Assembly (NCBI GenBank): GCA_003427395.1
Contig: BFEA01000013.1
Coordinates: forward strand, 6,621,038 to 6,685,037
Reading direction: 5' to 3'
DNA: 64,000 bases
DNA from: Chara braunii
Taxonomy: Eukaryota; Plantae; Charophyceae
This document shows, in pieces, positions 1-14,130 of this stretch. The notes under the pieces are model-generated. The model saw nothing but the letters and a program-made list of their open reading frames with translations, was not told where the DNA came from and ran no database searches. The translations under genes and the position numbers were made by a program. Numbering within the stretch: position 1 is the first letter of the stretch; each line of letters starts with the position of its first letter.

Positions 1-59
1 CTGCTTAGAGGTGCTTGTTCTCAAAGTAGGTCCATGTACAGCCGGGGGGTCCAACGTTT

Positions 60-1040
60 GACAAACGCTGGACCCTCTGGAACAGATAATTTTAACGACT
101 TTTCGACCAAAAAACTCGGTTTCAATTTTGTTGAACAAATAAAAGATGTCCTTTTTGACGAAATGGTCGGTTGGTAGACAACTCGCAGCCCTTAGGCTGC
201 GGAATAGTGGGCTTCGAGGTCTATATCAAAGGTGTCGCATTTTTGGTAGCGGGCGACCAGGACGCAAAGTGGGTTCTTAGGGGGCAAACAACTTTGGGGA
301 TCGGTCCTTGCCAAAATTGCAAATTACGTTCAACTAGCTCTCGTAGATCCCGGACTTGTGGAAAAAGGAAGGACCCATCCTCGGGTGGAAGTGAACCCCA
401 AAAAGAAGTGGGGGGCATTGGACCGCCACTCGGGTAGAAAAGGACCCCAAAAAGAACTGACGGCATGTGAACTGCAGAAGGGCCTGAGGACCCACGAGTT
501 GAGACTCGTCGTCTCCGAATAGGAAGGTTAAGCACAACGAAAAAAAACTTTTGCAAAAGGCAACTTTGACGATTTTTTGTGCTCGGACAAACCCGCAGAA
601 AAATCTGCAATTTTCAAAATCCACAGATGAGATCGTGTTCTTTCCAGGAATAATATTATAACATTTACGATTTTTTGTGCTCGGACGAACCCGCAGAAAA
701 ATCTGCAATTTTCAAAATCCACAGATGAGGTCGTGTTCTTTCCAAGAATAATATTATAACATTTTTAAAAAATCACTCAGACTGCGAAATAATTATCCCG
801 CCGATTCAGCACATTTTCCATTTTTGTCACTCAGCCATGTGTGGGCCAACTAAAAAGGTACTCCAAATTCAGTGAGTTCTTGTGCTCAGAAGAATGAGTG
901 AAAAAACCTGAAAATTGGAGTTGTCGTAAATTCAGTGAGATCTTTCCAGAAATAAACACTCAATAAATTAAAATAAATCATTCGAACTATGAAATAGATT
1001 GCCATCGCAATTTGATCCATAGTTCAAGTTTGGCATTCAA
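60..1040. repeat. Dispersed repeat family copy 1 (module A reversed at ~180-410, module B at ~570-1035, with an internal ~98-bp tandem duplication at ~570-765)
   Basis: Alignable by eye to 1330-1935 and, as reverse complement, to 31480-32230. Confidence 0.75.
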
Positions 1041-1146
1041 TATCTCTCTCTCTCTTTATGGTAGCCCCCCCCCTCTCTCTCTCTTTCTCTCTCTCACTCT
1101 CACTCTTTGTCTCTCTCTCACACCCATAATAATAAATGGAACAAAA

Positions 1147-1185
<39 letters not shown>

Positions 1186-1329
1186 GTAGCCCCCCCCACT
1201 CCCTCCCTCTCTGTTCTTCTCTTGCGCTCGTAACAATAAATGGAACAAAACTCTCTATCTCTCCCTTAGTGGAAAGCAACGTCACGTGTGTCGGCACCAG
1301 ACCCCACCTCAATGTTTGTCCCCGCCTCC

Positions 1330-1935
1330 GCTTTTCTTTTCGGGGTCCGCTCCCATTCGAGGACCGGTCCTTCCGTTTTCCAAAAGTCCCGGTTCTACAA
1401 GAGCTACATGTAGGTTGTTCGCAATATCTTAAAGGACCGGTCAACCCACTTGTGTTCTGGTCGCCGGCTGCCGAAAATGCGATACCTTGACACAAACGCC
1501 AAGGCCCATTATAGCGCTGCCTTAGGGCTGCAAACACAAAAGGGACACCGACGGGTGCAGTCCCTTATAGACGATTTTTTGTGCTCAGACGAGTTTGCAG
1601 AAAAATATAAAAATTTGAAAATCTATACATCAGGTCATGATCTTTCCAGGACAAATATCAGAAAAAAAATTATAAATCTTAGAGAACCGCGTAATCGTCG
1701 CACCGATTCTACATATTTTCCATTTTTGCAACAACCATGTGTGGGCTAAGGAAAACGTACTCCAATTTACGTGATTTTTTGCTCTCGGCAGGATGCGTGA
1801 AAAAACCTGAAAATTGGGTTCCTCGTAGATTTTGTTGTCATCTTTCCAAGAATTATAACAAATAAATTAAAAAAAAAACAATTTTAAATGTGAAATAGAT
1901 CCCAGTCGCTATCTGAACCATATTACAATCTTGCC
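1330..1935. repeat. Dispersed repeat family copy 2 (module A forward at 1330-1535, module B at 1570-1935)
   Basis: 1330-1535 is a diverged inverted copy of 180-410; 1570-1935 is a diverged direct copy of ~668-1035. Confidence 0.75.
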
Positions 1936-4385
1936 ATGCAGCTTCANNNNNNNNNNNNNNNNNNNNNNNNNNNNNNNNNNNNNNNNNNNNNNNNNNNNNN
2001 NNNNNNNNNNNNNNNNNNNNNNNNNNNNNNNNNNNNNNNNNNNNNNNNNNNNNNNNNNNTCTCTCTCTCTCTCTCTCCCTTTTTAGGGGGGCAGGGCTTT
2101 GATGCAGGGGAGAGACCAGTAGTTGACCAAGGTCCTCCAAAAAGGCGATACAGCACAGGGTCCTCCAAACAGCCGAAGCAAATTGACTGTGTACCGCGCG
2201 AGCTCGGTAGTGTAGCCCATCAGGAGCGACGACCAGGCGAGGGCAAGTCAGGTGTCCCAAACTAAGAAGGGCGGGACAATCAGACCTTTTTTTTGTGCGG
2301 CTTACCGTGTGGCGCCACATGACCACGGAGGAGCAGACAGGTTCACCCATTGGCAGAACAGAATTCCATTCCTTGTTAACATTAAGAATTTGAACAGTGA
2401 GCTATTACTATTGGTGACTGTCATCCGTCCACGTCTACAACAACCTGGGCTTTTATAGGAAAGAAACAAGGGGAAATTTGTGTTATACCCCTCAAAGTTG
2501 AGATAAATGTCAAAATATCCCTAAGAGATGTGGGTAGAGTGGAATACCCCTCCCCACACCCCTCTTCCCCCCCCTCCCCACACACCCCTCCCGCCCTTGT
2601 GTGCTCACACTAGACATGGGCCGTCGCTCTGCTCACACTAGACACCAATCAGATTTATCAATGGCAGGCTCGGCCTTCTAAAAGTTCGGGTGCTAGCCAC
2701 GACTTATCGAAAATAGGCTCGGAGGTACTGATGCTCTTACGTTTTGTTGTTTGGAACTTGACAACCTGTTTTTTCTGCTGCATGAAAATGTCAAACAAAA
2801 CAAGGTTGAGGTAATCAGGTAGATTCGTGGCTCTATTCCTTTCAGGGTTGAGACCCTCGATTTCACAACACTTCCAGAGGCATAAAAACTCCCGAGTGCC
2901 AACATACATCTCACAACCTAAGCTCAATACGTCATGATCATGACTTAATCTACAATACTTTTCATTCTAAAGAAATCACGAAAAATTTGTTTGCAGTTTT
3001 CTATGAAGAATAGGAAAAACATTTTCCGTTCGGTGTCGTATCTGCATTCGGCCTGAGACTTCAACCGCAGAGTGGTGTACATTTGGCCCAAGACGCTCGT
3101 GCGTAAGGGGAAGGGGGGGGTGGAACCCCCCGCTTCCCCCCTTCCCCCCGAGAAAAACCCACAAGAAGGGCATCCCCTCAAACGGGAAAGCCTGGGCGTC
3201 GCCCGCCAGTGTTACCGAACGACCTCAGCAGTGGACCATCGGTCCCCTGCAACCCAAGCTCCGCGGCGACCATTTTGCCTACTGGTCTCCGCCTTTTCGA
3301 TGACCACACACGTTCTCAATGCCCTGTAAACCCCGTTCAGGGTTGTCGACATTTCCCCAAAAAGGTCACTATGAACATCAGCTCCTTTTTTATGCCTTTT
3401 TCCCCTTTGTTTAGTGTTGGGGCATTGGCCCTCTACCCATCCATTCCCTATGAATCTTTATTGCCCCACTTACGTCGATCTTGCCTCACATGTCTTCTGA
3501 AGTGGGAGCTGTTCTCGTAGGTTTACATGTAGTCTGCTAAGGTGCAGATACAGGGATTGCCTTTAAAAAAGAAAAGGGTTGTAGAGGTGTTGGGGATTCA
3601 ACTCCTACGGGGAAGCCGGTGGGGGGCTTCATGCACCAGATTCAGCCATCCTGTCGGCTTGGTGGCCTCACCCACACCCAGAATCACTGAAATCGAGGCT
3701 CACTACCCAGGCGCCACAGCTCGGATCAACCACCTCCGAACTCGGGGTCCTGCATCCCCATTGCACCCTGTTGTCACCCGCTAGTAGATTGAAGTTTTGA
3801 CCCCTATCCCTTTTGATGATGCCAGAAGTCGTTTTGGTATACGATTTTACCGTGTCTAGCTCCTCTTTTTTTTGCGTGGACATAACTTAGCGTATGCCTA
3901 TACTTTGCACTTTGAACTTGAACTCGAGAGTAAACTTCAGACTGTAGAATGTAACGGGTGCAAATTGGGAATCGGGAAATGGCAAAAAAATGAATGTTAA
4001 ATTAAGATTGGTGGGCCATAGATGTTGGTTGGACTTCGGTTGCATAGCTTAGTTGATTGATCAAGAGCGTTTCATATCTTTCCATATTGGTATACAGAGG
4101 CGGACAAAGGCTGCACAAATCTCAGACCTGGATGTGGACTTTAGCGTTAGAATTACACCGTACATTCCAAGTATAGAAGTGAAGTTCCACATATATTTTT
4201 TACTTTCGATCTTGATCCCAAAAGTACCTGTGCAATTGTTATGCCAAAACGATAATGACAGTGATAAACAGTTTCATACTCAAACGCATATCACTTTTGC
4301 CAGACAACACCGATTATGCAATGAAGAGAGAGACTCAAGATTTTCGGATGACTCCAGCAAAGATCCATGAAAGAGGAAAAGAAGC

Positions 4386-4422
<37 letters not shown>

Positions 4423-4449
4423 GTGAGTTGGTAATGAAGAAGGGACTCT

Positions 4450-6240
4450 ATGTGTATGGGTGTGTAGAGAATGGTGAGAGAGAGCAGTGTCGCAGCTTCC
4501 TCTTGCGGAGGATGTTTTCTTCTGTACTTTGTTGCCACAGCTTTCTGCTTCCCCGGCTTGCCTGTCCCTGCGTTGTAGTCCACCTTGTCAGGCTGCGAGT
4601 TTCCAGCCGGACTGTGGGCTGGTGGTTGCTCTTTCAATTGCATTGCAGACTTGTACAGGTGCGTGCCATCCAGGTAGGCAGTCGGTCTGTGTTTTTGTTG
4701 CCATTCCCAGATACCCAGCCGACCCTGGGCATTTTCTCTGAAGATCCAGCCTTGTAACTTGGGATCTTCTGGCACCCAGGAGTTATCAATGGTCGGGTGT
4801 TTGGTCACAAGCCACTTGATGCGGTTTTGGGGGGATCTCAGGCAATCGTCATCTGTGCAAAGATGCCCATATTATTTGCACATGTAGCACTTCCGTCATA
4901 ATATATTGGATTGAAGCAAGAGCTTCTGTAACAGTAGGACGATAATAAAAGGTCATTGCAAATCCGGTAGCTAACACCAAGGGTCCTGTGTGTGGTTAAC
5001 CGCAATTGAGATGAGCTTTCCTCCCAAGGTGTACTTCCACTCCCGTGAGACCGGGAACGGCTTTCCCAGGTCCATTCAACAGCCAGTAGGAGGTTGTCAT
5101 CTCTATGCAGCAGGAATCGCGGGAGGTCACTAGTGTAGCCGCCCACCAAGGCAATTGTCTCCAGTTCTGCCAGAATGGCCCCTAGCGTTCCCTGCGCTCG
5201 TCGGGTGTTAGCGTGTCTAGCAGTTGCCATTCCTGTATCCTCACAATCCGTCCTCTGAATCTTCTGTCACAGAGTTGCAGAAGCATCTTCCTGTCCTGAC
5301 CGTAGAGGGCGATGACCGTGACCGTATCCAGGCCATACGTCTCGACGAGGAAATGATCTTCTGCTGCCTGGTCTTAGGCTTTGATTGAGCGCAGGCTTGC
5401 CCGGATCCATTTTATTTTTTCGTTGATGGGTTCCCCGGCATCATTGACGGAGAACAAGCATTGGACCCCATGGGTGGAGTATACCACGTTTCGAGTTGCA
5501 AAGGTGATAGACACGACTTTCCCTTCTTTCACCACATGTCTTGCCTGCGGCGGCACATGCAAGTGTTGCATGAAGTGGCTTTTGAATGGGCTTATTTGAG
5601 AGAGGGACAGGATGCCACATGGGGCCGTCTGCCCTGCTGCGAGGGCCTCCATCAATGATGCGTTTGGGGATGTATTGTGGACTGGAACAGGCCACGCAGG
5701 TGGGCGATCCAGAGTGTCCGGGAGTGGCTGTCTGACCTTGGCCGCCCATGTTGTTTAGCGCTGTCCGCGCAGTGATTAGCTTTGACGGTCCTGTGGCAGT
5801 GGTTCAGCTCGGTCGGGGGCTGGGGGTCTGTCGTGAGATGGATTAGCCCCCATTTCTGATTGGGGTGTTCTTCCAGTGCACGTCCGGGTCACACCATCAC
5901 TGCGCCTCTCCATCTCCTACGGTCGCCCCGGGCAGGCATTCAGTTGCGCAGGAACCCATTTCTGTTCGGGAAGATCCTCCATCGTCTGCCCAGGTCGTAT
6001 CATTACTGCACCCCTCCTCACTTCTCACTCCTACGCCTGTATTCGTGTTATCGGCATTTCCCAGGTGTTTGACTTTTTCGCTACGGGGAGCAGGCTGTTG
6101 TTGCAGCCCCGGATCATGCGGTCCCAGGTCATCCTGTGGTGGAGGGCGGACGTGGGGTCGCGGCTCCCATTGGTTACTTAACCCCCTCCATAGACCGCTG
6201 GTGTATTGGTTTCTTAATTTTTTGCTTCTTTTTTCTTCCT
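4450..6240 (-). pseudogene. Decayed long ORF of unknown, probably transposon-associated, protein
   Basis: Chain of protein-like minus-strand ORF pieces (5441-5749, 5374-5655, 4838-5230, 4335-4808) broken by stops and frameshifts; no domain recognised with certainty. Confidence 0.35.
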
Positions 6241-8193
6241 TTTCTTGGATGTGTGGGTTTGTTCTTCATTCTTGCACGTGTGGTTGATCAGTCTCCCTTG
6301 TCGATAGTATGTCAAACAGTCATGCGTATAGCAGATTGAGATCGATCAGTCTCCCTTACAGGTAGGTTATCAAACAAGGAAACTTGTACCAGATGGGGGG
6401 ACGGAGTTTTCTGCTGAGGTGTACCCGCACCTTGCGGAGTCGCTTGCTGTGGAGTGCTCGAGCGAATTCTGGGATCCAAGGGTAGAAAGGGGGTGTTCGA
6501 GCGAACAGGGAAGATAATAAATGAGTCAAACCCAAGTTTCAGTCAATAAGGGATGTACCTGGAAGCTTGATCTTCTCTTTCTGCCGCTGTCTCTTCTCAC
6601 GTTTGTTGCCGTCGCGGCTTCTCATCGACCCGTGCTCCTTGTGTCGATCTCGACCCCTCCCGTCACGATCGCCGGGACCGCTCCTTATTCACGCCTGCTC
6701 CTCTTGCTGATCTGGACTCCTCACATCCCGCACGTTCTTAGCACCAGTCCCGCCTCCCCCACCAACCACGATTTCCCCTTCCTTCCCCCTACCCCACCAC
6801 TTCCCCCCCCTCTCGTTACGTCCATTGCACTTCGCCCTTAGCAGTATTCCACTCTCCCCCCCCCAACCACGGTTTTTCCTTCCCCTTACCCCAGCATTTT
6901 CCACCAGCTCTCCCACATCCCTCCTTTTAACATCCGGGCCAGAACTACCTACCCATCTTGTGCTGGCATCTCTCCTATCCACTATGATATGCTCGTTACC
7001 TATTCTCTGATATGTTTGTTACGTGCTTTTGGCGATGTATGTGACTTGTACGTACTTCGCGCTCGATCTTCTCTCATCCTCGCCCCACTCTCCTTACACC
7101 GCCTGCCTCCCGCTCGATCTTCTCATCCACGTCCCACTCTTCCTAGAGCACCTGCAGCCATGCATTCTTCTCCCTTTGACCCTCTTGACCATTTAGGGTC
7201 ATCACGCGCCAACCCCTTCGGATAGTGAGGAAGAAGACGATGCACGAATGAGCTTCGTGCCACATGGCAGGTCACCACGGTCTCGCGCAGTCCCTCCCCA
7301 TCACTATCACCGCTCGAGGCCAGTCGAGCAGCGGCTCCGTAGCAAACCGCTGAACCCCCCCGTCCATGGGAGGATGGAGTCCTCTACGAACAAAAAGATT
7401 GAACAAAAATTTAAAAAATGAAAATAAAGTTACGAACGAGATTCCTTAACAAAAGAAAACGAAAAAAGGAAAACGATAAAATGACACCCTAGAGAGATTT
7501 ATCCGCTTGGAAAAAAGAATAAAAGAGAATCTTCCCGACAGCACGCCATTTCTTTCCTCCCTCTCTCTCTCTGGCCTCGCGGTTCAAATTTGCAAAATGG
7601 GAATGAGTCTTCCCATGCTGTCGGGAATATTCCCATTTGCAAATTAAAATCTCTTTCCTTTTTTCGTTTTTTTTTTTCCTAACTCTCTCTCTCTCTCTCT
7701 CCCCCTCTCTCACAGGCGCACACACGCACGTGCACGCTTCATTCCCGCTTTGTTTCCTTCTGTTTTTTCCCTTTTTCCTTCTGATTGTTTTTTTTCTTCT
7801 CCTTTCAGTTGTTTTTTTATCATTCTTCACAGTCGGTCGTACGATGGGGTCATTCCAGCACTTACCCCCCTTGTTAACCGGCGCTTATTTGTTTTCCAAG
7901 GAGGGAAACGCACTGTTGGTTTAAGACGCCATGTTAACCAGACTTCGAGGCCGCCGGTGGTGCCAGCCGGAAAAAATAAATAAAAAAGAACGTTGCACTG
8001 ACCATTTCACAACACTTGGCGCACAGGCCGTTTGAATCCCCAGAAGAAAGCGGCCCGGAACTACTGACGGCCTCGGTTACGTGTGCTCGTTTCATGTGGA
8101 CCTTGCCTTTGCGACCCACATCTTTATTTGGAGGAAGGCATGTCACACCATACGATTCTTGTTCAGAAGTACATTCCTTACATATCCTCTTAA

Positions 8194-8576
8194 ACCACTA
8201 GTACATCCCAGCCTTGAGGCGCTGCACAGCACATCAAGATTTGCCAAACCACCAGCGGCAAACTATTTCTCCCTTCTTGGCCTTCGGCACGGGCAATTGT
8301 TGTGTGCCAACCCTGCAGAGAGGAAAGTTTCGGTTGATAAACAAATTTTTAGATGGCTGGGGGTGTGGACTGAGGGTGTAGACCAAAAGTGGACCAGGTC
8401 TGGACCAGATCTGGCAGCGCTCCACAGGGCACCCAGCTTTACCTAGCCGCCAGTGGCAAACTGTTTTTTCTTTTCTGGATAGGGAGGCAACCATTGTGAT
8501 CCAGCAGCCCCGAGACTCCAGGATTCTAGGAGCAGGTGACAAGGAAATTTGCAAGGCCACAGACGTGTACTGGCTG
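8194..8576. mobile_element. Degenerate non-autonomous TIR element, ACCACCAGTAC family
   Basis: Left TTAA|ACCACTAGTACATC; degenerate inverted end GTGTACTGGCTG at ~8565-8576. Confidence 0.45.
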
Positions 8577-8579
8577 TTC

Positions 8580-8972
8580 AAACCAGTACCTCGCACTCTC
8601 CTATCGACTCCGACCCTCGACCAGCCAGAATCCCAATCCGTGCTGAGCCTCGACGTACTGGTAAGGCATGAATGAAACAAACATAAAGAAGAATGGGAAA
8701 AAACAAACAAGCAAAAAAAAAACGAGCCCATGTATGACTTCGTGCACAGGCGAGAGAGAGAGGGGCGGGGTTTTCACCCCTTATGTGCACAACCAGAATG
8801 AATCTTCCCACCATGTCACAGAAGATTCATTCCCATCTTGCGTTTTTCCCACAGAGAGAGAGAGAGAGACCAATGCTACAGAGTCCCCGTGGTGAGGACG
8901 ATTCCAACCTGAGTACGGGTTAAGCCATCACCACGTTCATGAAGGACAGGGAGAGTGAGACAAAGAGACACC

Positions 8973-9032
<60 letters not shown>

Positions 9033-9269
9033 CATATCCAAAATGAGAATCTTCCGCAACGTCCCGGAAGATCTATTCTCGTTTTGCACAACCTCTCTCT
9101 TTTGCACATTCGCACAAACCCCCTCCCTCCTCTCTCTCTCTCCTCTTCTTCCCTGTTCGTTTTATACTAGTTTTAGGACATTCATTCTTTTTCTCTTTCG
9201 TTTCTTTTTTAGGGAAATACCGATCGTTGGCTACCCAACCCCACCCAACGTGGCTGAGGTACAGGTGGT
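8580..9269. mobile_element. Non-autonomous TIR element, ACCACCAGTAC family (subfamily with GAATGAATCTTCC palindromes and GA/CT microsatellites)
   Basis: Left AAACCAGTACCTCGC, right GAGGTACAGGTGGT|TTAC; internal palindromes at ~8796-8832 and ~9043-9080 are shared with the 52495-55503 element. Confidence 0.6.
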
Positions 9270-9444
9270 TTACATAGCTCCAATCCACTTGTTCATCATG
9301 AAAGCAATAGCTTGCTTCATTTCGAAGCATCATTTAATTGAAAGATTTGTTTGAGATTCTTGGTACTTATGCCCATTTTCAAATTATTCATGCAGTGCAT
9401 ACTTCTTATCTTTCATTCTTATCTTATCCTACTCTTTATGGTAA

Positions 9445-9552
<108 letters not shown>

Positions 9553-9868
9553 TGAGGATCTTGAAGCGTCAAATCCAACGGCTCCAGAAACCTTGGGCAA
9601 AACGGTTATCAAATCACAGTCTTAGTCTACCTTGCATAGATTAACTTTCAGGAGCGGGCGGGTATGGAATGCATCAAATCTTTCAGCATTGTGGTATGAC
9701 GATCATTTTTTGAAAGGATGTCGAAACACAGGTAAGTCATTTCTCGAATGCAGATCAGCTTTTGAAAGGATATTGGAACTTCCAACAAACATAAACAACA
9801 CCCCCATGAGCAGGTGGTTTGAAACATGTATACCTGAGGAGCGGACGGTCATCAAGGGGTGGTTTTAA

Positions 9869-10054
9869 ACCACCAGTACTTGGCCCAGCCATCAATGCCG
9901 AGCCTGGAATGCCCCTGCGCACCAATTTTCGCCGAAGCACCAGGGTACTGTTTCGAAATTGTGTTGGCTGGCGGTCCGGTACCCTGAAGCGCTAAAGGCA
10001 CAGCGCGTTAGCGGGAAAGCACCGAGGCCGATAGCTGGGCCAAGAACCGGTGGT
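9869..10054. mobile_element. 186-bp MITE, ACCACCAGTAC family
   Basis: 25-bp TIR with 3 mismatches (ACCACCAGTACTTGGCCCAGCCATC vs reverse complement ACCACCGGTTCTTGGCCCAGCTATC); flanks TTAA and TTTA. Confidence 0.75.
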
Positions 10055-10475
10055 TTTAAATGACAGGATGGAAAATGGGTCACATGGCTACGTAACCTCA
10101 TCCGGTCAAAGAGGGGAGGGACTGCCAGGCTGTTCACTACGCACAAGTGCGAGAAAGTGAACACAGGGAGAACTACGCGGGCAACCAATAGAATTTTCTA
10201 AGGGCCAGATGTCAATCAAACAACGCCTGATGCGAATGCCAAGGATCATTCAAGCTGAGGACTTTACCATCCACGAACCCTCACCACACATTTGCAATCT
10301 CAAAATGAGAGCAATAACTGAACAGTGGATACTAATCTACGACTATTCGCGTCCATCAAAGTATTCAAGGGAACACCGCTTTCCGTATTACAATTGACCA
10401 TAGTGCACCGCAATGGTTAGGTACTTTTGTATCACTTCGGATGAAGCTACGATTGCATAAGCATAGATGACCACA

Positions 10476-10622
10476 ATAGAGGAGTCCACTAGAAAAACTT
10501 AATAGAGAAGTCCACTAGAAAAACTCAATAGAGGAATCCACTAGAAAAACTCAATAGAGGAGTCCACTAGAAAAACTCAAGAGTCCACTAGAAAAACTCA
10601 ATAGAGGAGTCCAGTAGAAAAA
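10476..10622. repeat. 26-bp minisatellite (AATAGAGGAGTCCACTAGAAAAACTC), ~5.5 copies
   Basis: Directly visible tandem copies, one with a deletion. Confidence 0.9.
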
Positions 10623-13195
10623 ATATGTAGACCATGTGATGAAGGCGTGGTGGAGCATGTGATCACAGCACAAGAAACATCGGTCAAATTTCATAAATTA
10701 TAGGAGCAACTACAAGGAATAGCCAAAATAAATTAATGTCTGGCTACCAATGCGCCGGCCAGTGCAATGGATTGGCTAGGTCCTGCCCAAGAGAAACAAA
10801 AAAAAAATCAAATAAATCTGAAGGAAAGATCTATATTATGCTGCAAGGAATAGCTTGTTCCCAGCCAAATAAAAATAAAACATCAAATCAACCTGAGCAA
10901 GAGATACATGTTACACTGAAGTAAACAATCTGCCACAAGTAACCAAAAACGTTTTTGATGAATGGGTCTCATAATGTGCATCTTCTTTGAATTTTCCATT
11001 TCCATCCGAAGTCCAAGTAAACAACAACTTTCGCCTCAGAGTCACACCGACCGAAATTCTTTACAAAATCGAAAAGATGAAATTTAATTGCAAGTATTCG
11101 ACTTTTAATTGATACTTGAAAGTAACTTGAAATGAAATTATTGTGCCTCAGTGGTAGGTAACCACTCTGGTAGCCTGGCTTATTAGGCTCTTTTCTGTAT
11201 GCATGCATTTCCTCCCCAAAAAATAACTCGAAATATGTGGCTGCAGTACGACAACAGCTTACTCTTCAAAGAAAGCGAGGTAATGCTGACCGAAATGGCT
11301 GGCGGCACCCGCCAAAATGAGTCCCCCGCCGGTTCGTTTTTTTTGGGCGCGCAGGGCAACCTTTGGCTGGGCATCTACAATAAGCAAAAGCATAAGAGAC
11401 CACACACCGCCTTGCAGAGGATGATTTGCAATGTTTCTCTCAGGGGACCCATAACCCGGACCCTCCAGTGAGAAGTTGGCGGCAGGAAAAGCAGACAGGT
11501 AAGGATGCATTAGGAACAGGCAGGTCAAGGTCGAGTTCAAAAGAATTACAAGAGAGAGTACAAGCACCTGACACCTCGACATCCTAACTTTATTTATAGG
11601 CGGACCTCACCCGCGCTGCCTTCCCTCCAGTGGCAAGCACACAGCAGATCTATAGATACACTGCCTGTTTACCTAAGTACACCAACTGGAAACCCTTTCA
11701 CCTGAATGAACTAACTTCAATCGAAAAACCCATCAGTCACCTTGGAGACTCCAACTCACATGCTCAATTATACCAAGTTACAGCTCGGGCTGTGATCTCT
11801 TTCCTGTGTATGCCCTTTGAGGTGTTGCCAACCTCTTTGCCACCGAGGAGCATCAGGGCTCTCAGACAACACCCAAAACGAACAAGCCAATGACATTCAG
11901 CGCCCAGGCCACCGTTTGTGCGGCCAAAGTAAAGAAAGGTATCAAGCCACCCACCCTTAAAACTTGGATATAATTGGTCCATAAGATCTCTATGTAATAG
12001 AAATTCACGAGGCAATGGAATTTCCTCAACGTCCTGTTCTGAAATACCGGACATGTTTTCCACACTCCCCAGCAATTACAACCAGAAACAATGAAGGTCT
12101 CACACAGAGCGATGTGACGACTCTCTTGATCAGTCAAGTTGTAACACAGCTACACAGAGAGGATCCAGACAGCACTCCATGGCTACCCATGTTTCAAGAA
12201 ATTTGATCACAAGGCCGCATCAGGTTTGCAATTTCACAGCCATGCACATGTCTGAGACAACAACACACAGTCCCCTTCTCCGCTGTCCAGTAGAGCTGCT
12301 GCCAACTCCACCGTCAAAAGAGGACAGGATCGCTTCCCCAATCAATGCCAGCACGTACCACGCTCAAACAACACCACACCGAACCCAAGTAACCAACCCC
12401 ATTTCTTTTAAACTTCATTTTCTCCCACTCAGCCACAGCAACTACCTGAACCCGCCAAGCCTTGTGTGCAGCGCAGAGGAGAGGCCTGACGAGGCAGAAC
12501 GGGAAGCAGACTTTCTCTCTCGCTAATTCGTCCGACATGGGGAATGCAAAGATGGAAGCTGTCTGAGACGCTTTCTCTCCACAGCACAACTTTTATGTGC
12601 TACGTGGGTTACATTGCACAGTACTGTGCAGGCTCTGTGTGCTACCGCGTGGGTCAGACGTGGTGCAATAAAGATTGGTTTCAGTACTATGGGGGCAGAG
12701 TACGTCGAACCACTACGTACTTGAAAAACAAACGTACAGCTCCCAGGAAGCAAAAACCAAACCAGCACACCACATCACCACCAGGTGTAACTACGTGATC
12801 TGGGTGATACTCAGGGTCGGGTGGTACATATCAACTGGGTGGTCTGGCTTGTGGAGTCTGGCTTGTGGAGTACTATGTAGTGTGGGTCTAACTATAAGGA
12901 CTGAACGGTACTATGTAGCCTCTGGGTGGTACAACGCGGTGATGCTACATGTGTCATGTGGTTCAATGTGGGAAAGCTGGGCTGGGCTGGGCTGGGCTTG
13001 GATGGCCTGCATATGATGGATGACAGGTTGGTCCCATGCGGGGTGGGTTATACTATGTGGACTGGATGGCGTTAAATCACACTGCAACACGGGGGGAGGG
13101 GGGGGGGGGGGNGGAACANAAAGTTGAAAAAACACAGGCGCAGAAAATAGAACGCATGCGACACACACAGCCACCAAACGCACGCGCAAGCAAGC

Positions 13196-13236
<41 letters not shown>

Positions 13237-13599
13237 CACAGAGTAAGGGGGTCGAGATGATGTCTATACTTTGTAAAACCTGTTGCCCGATCCTGAGGTT
13301 CCTGAACCTCTTTGGGCCAGGCAAAGACTGAAGAGATCGCAGTCCACTAGCGCCTGGCAGCCCCTGCAAACCATGTCCGAGGATGCTTTGGGCCACTGCT
13401 GGGCCTCCAACGGAATGACGATGATCCACAAAAACTTACACAATGCATGCAAGTCGTCAGAGCCAATGGCAGTCAAAATCACCAGCCCTTTTTGTGATTC
13501 ACCTCTCGGTCTGGCCCAGCTTCCAAAGATGTAAGAAAAACTGAGACCATGACATCAGCCATCCGACAGAAAAAACAGATCACCAGCTGGTCTGCCTGA

Positions 13600-14130
13600 A
13601 ACTGCCCAACACAGCTTTTCGGCAGGTTAGAGGCCAGTCATGTTTGTTATATTCAGCAGGGGAACATCCATCCAGAAAAAGCCAAGCAACCACACAAGAC
13701 CAACCTGAAAACTCTCCAGCCAGCCAGACCATACGATTGACGCTCTCCTGTGGCTCAGTGACAATTCAAATTCCGGAAGTAGAATACAGTTGCCTCCCAA
13801 TGGCAAACTGAACCTGACAAAGTGGAGTCCAGACTTGGGCTCGACAAGGGCGCCGTGCATCCAACAACAAATAGATGTCAAAAGGGCGTGGTGGGACTCG
13901 GTATGCAGTGCCACAACTACACAGATCCTTGGCGGAGGGCTCATACCCAATTGCCGATTTTTCAGTCTCACAGTCCTGCCATTGCGATGTAACATTCGAC
14001 AACCTATGCTGGCCACCGATCCTTTTCACTCTATTCACCCGACGTTCCCCTATACACAACCACAGCACAGATCCTTTTTGCTGTCAGCGGTGGACTTGCA
14101 AACATGATCCCCATGGCTATATGCCCAAAG
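13600..14130 (-). mobile_element. Highly decayed reverse-transcriptase remnant, Penelope-like
   Basis: Minus-strand fragments in RT motif order: IMFASPP, then ESHHALLTSICCW, HFVRF, GFFWMDV. Recognised by eye only. Confidence 0.35.
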
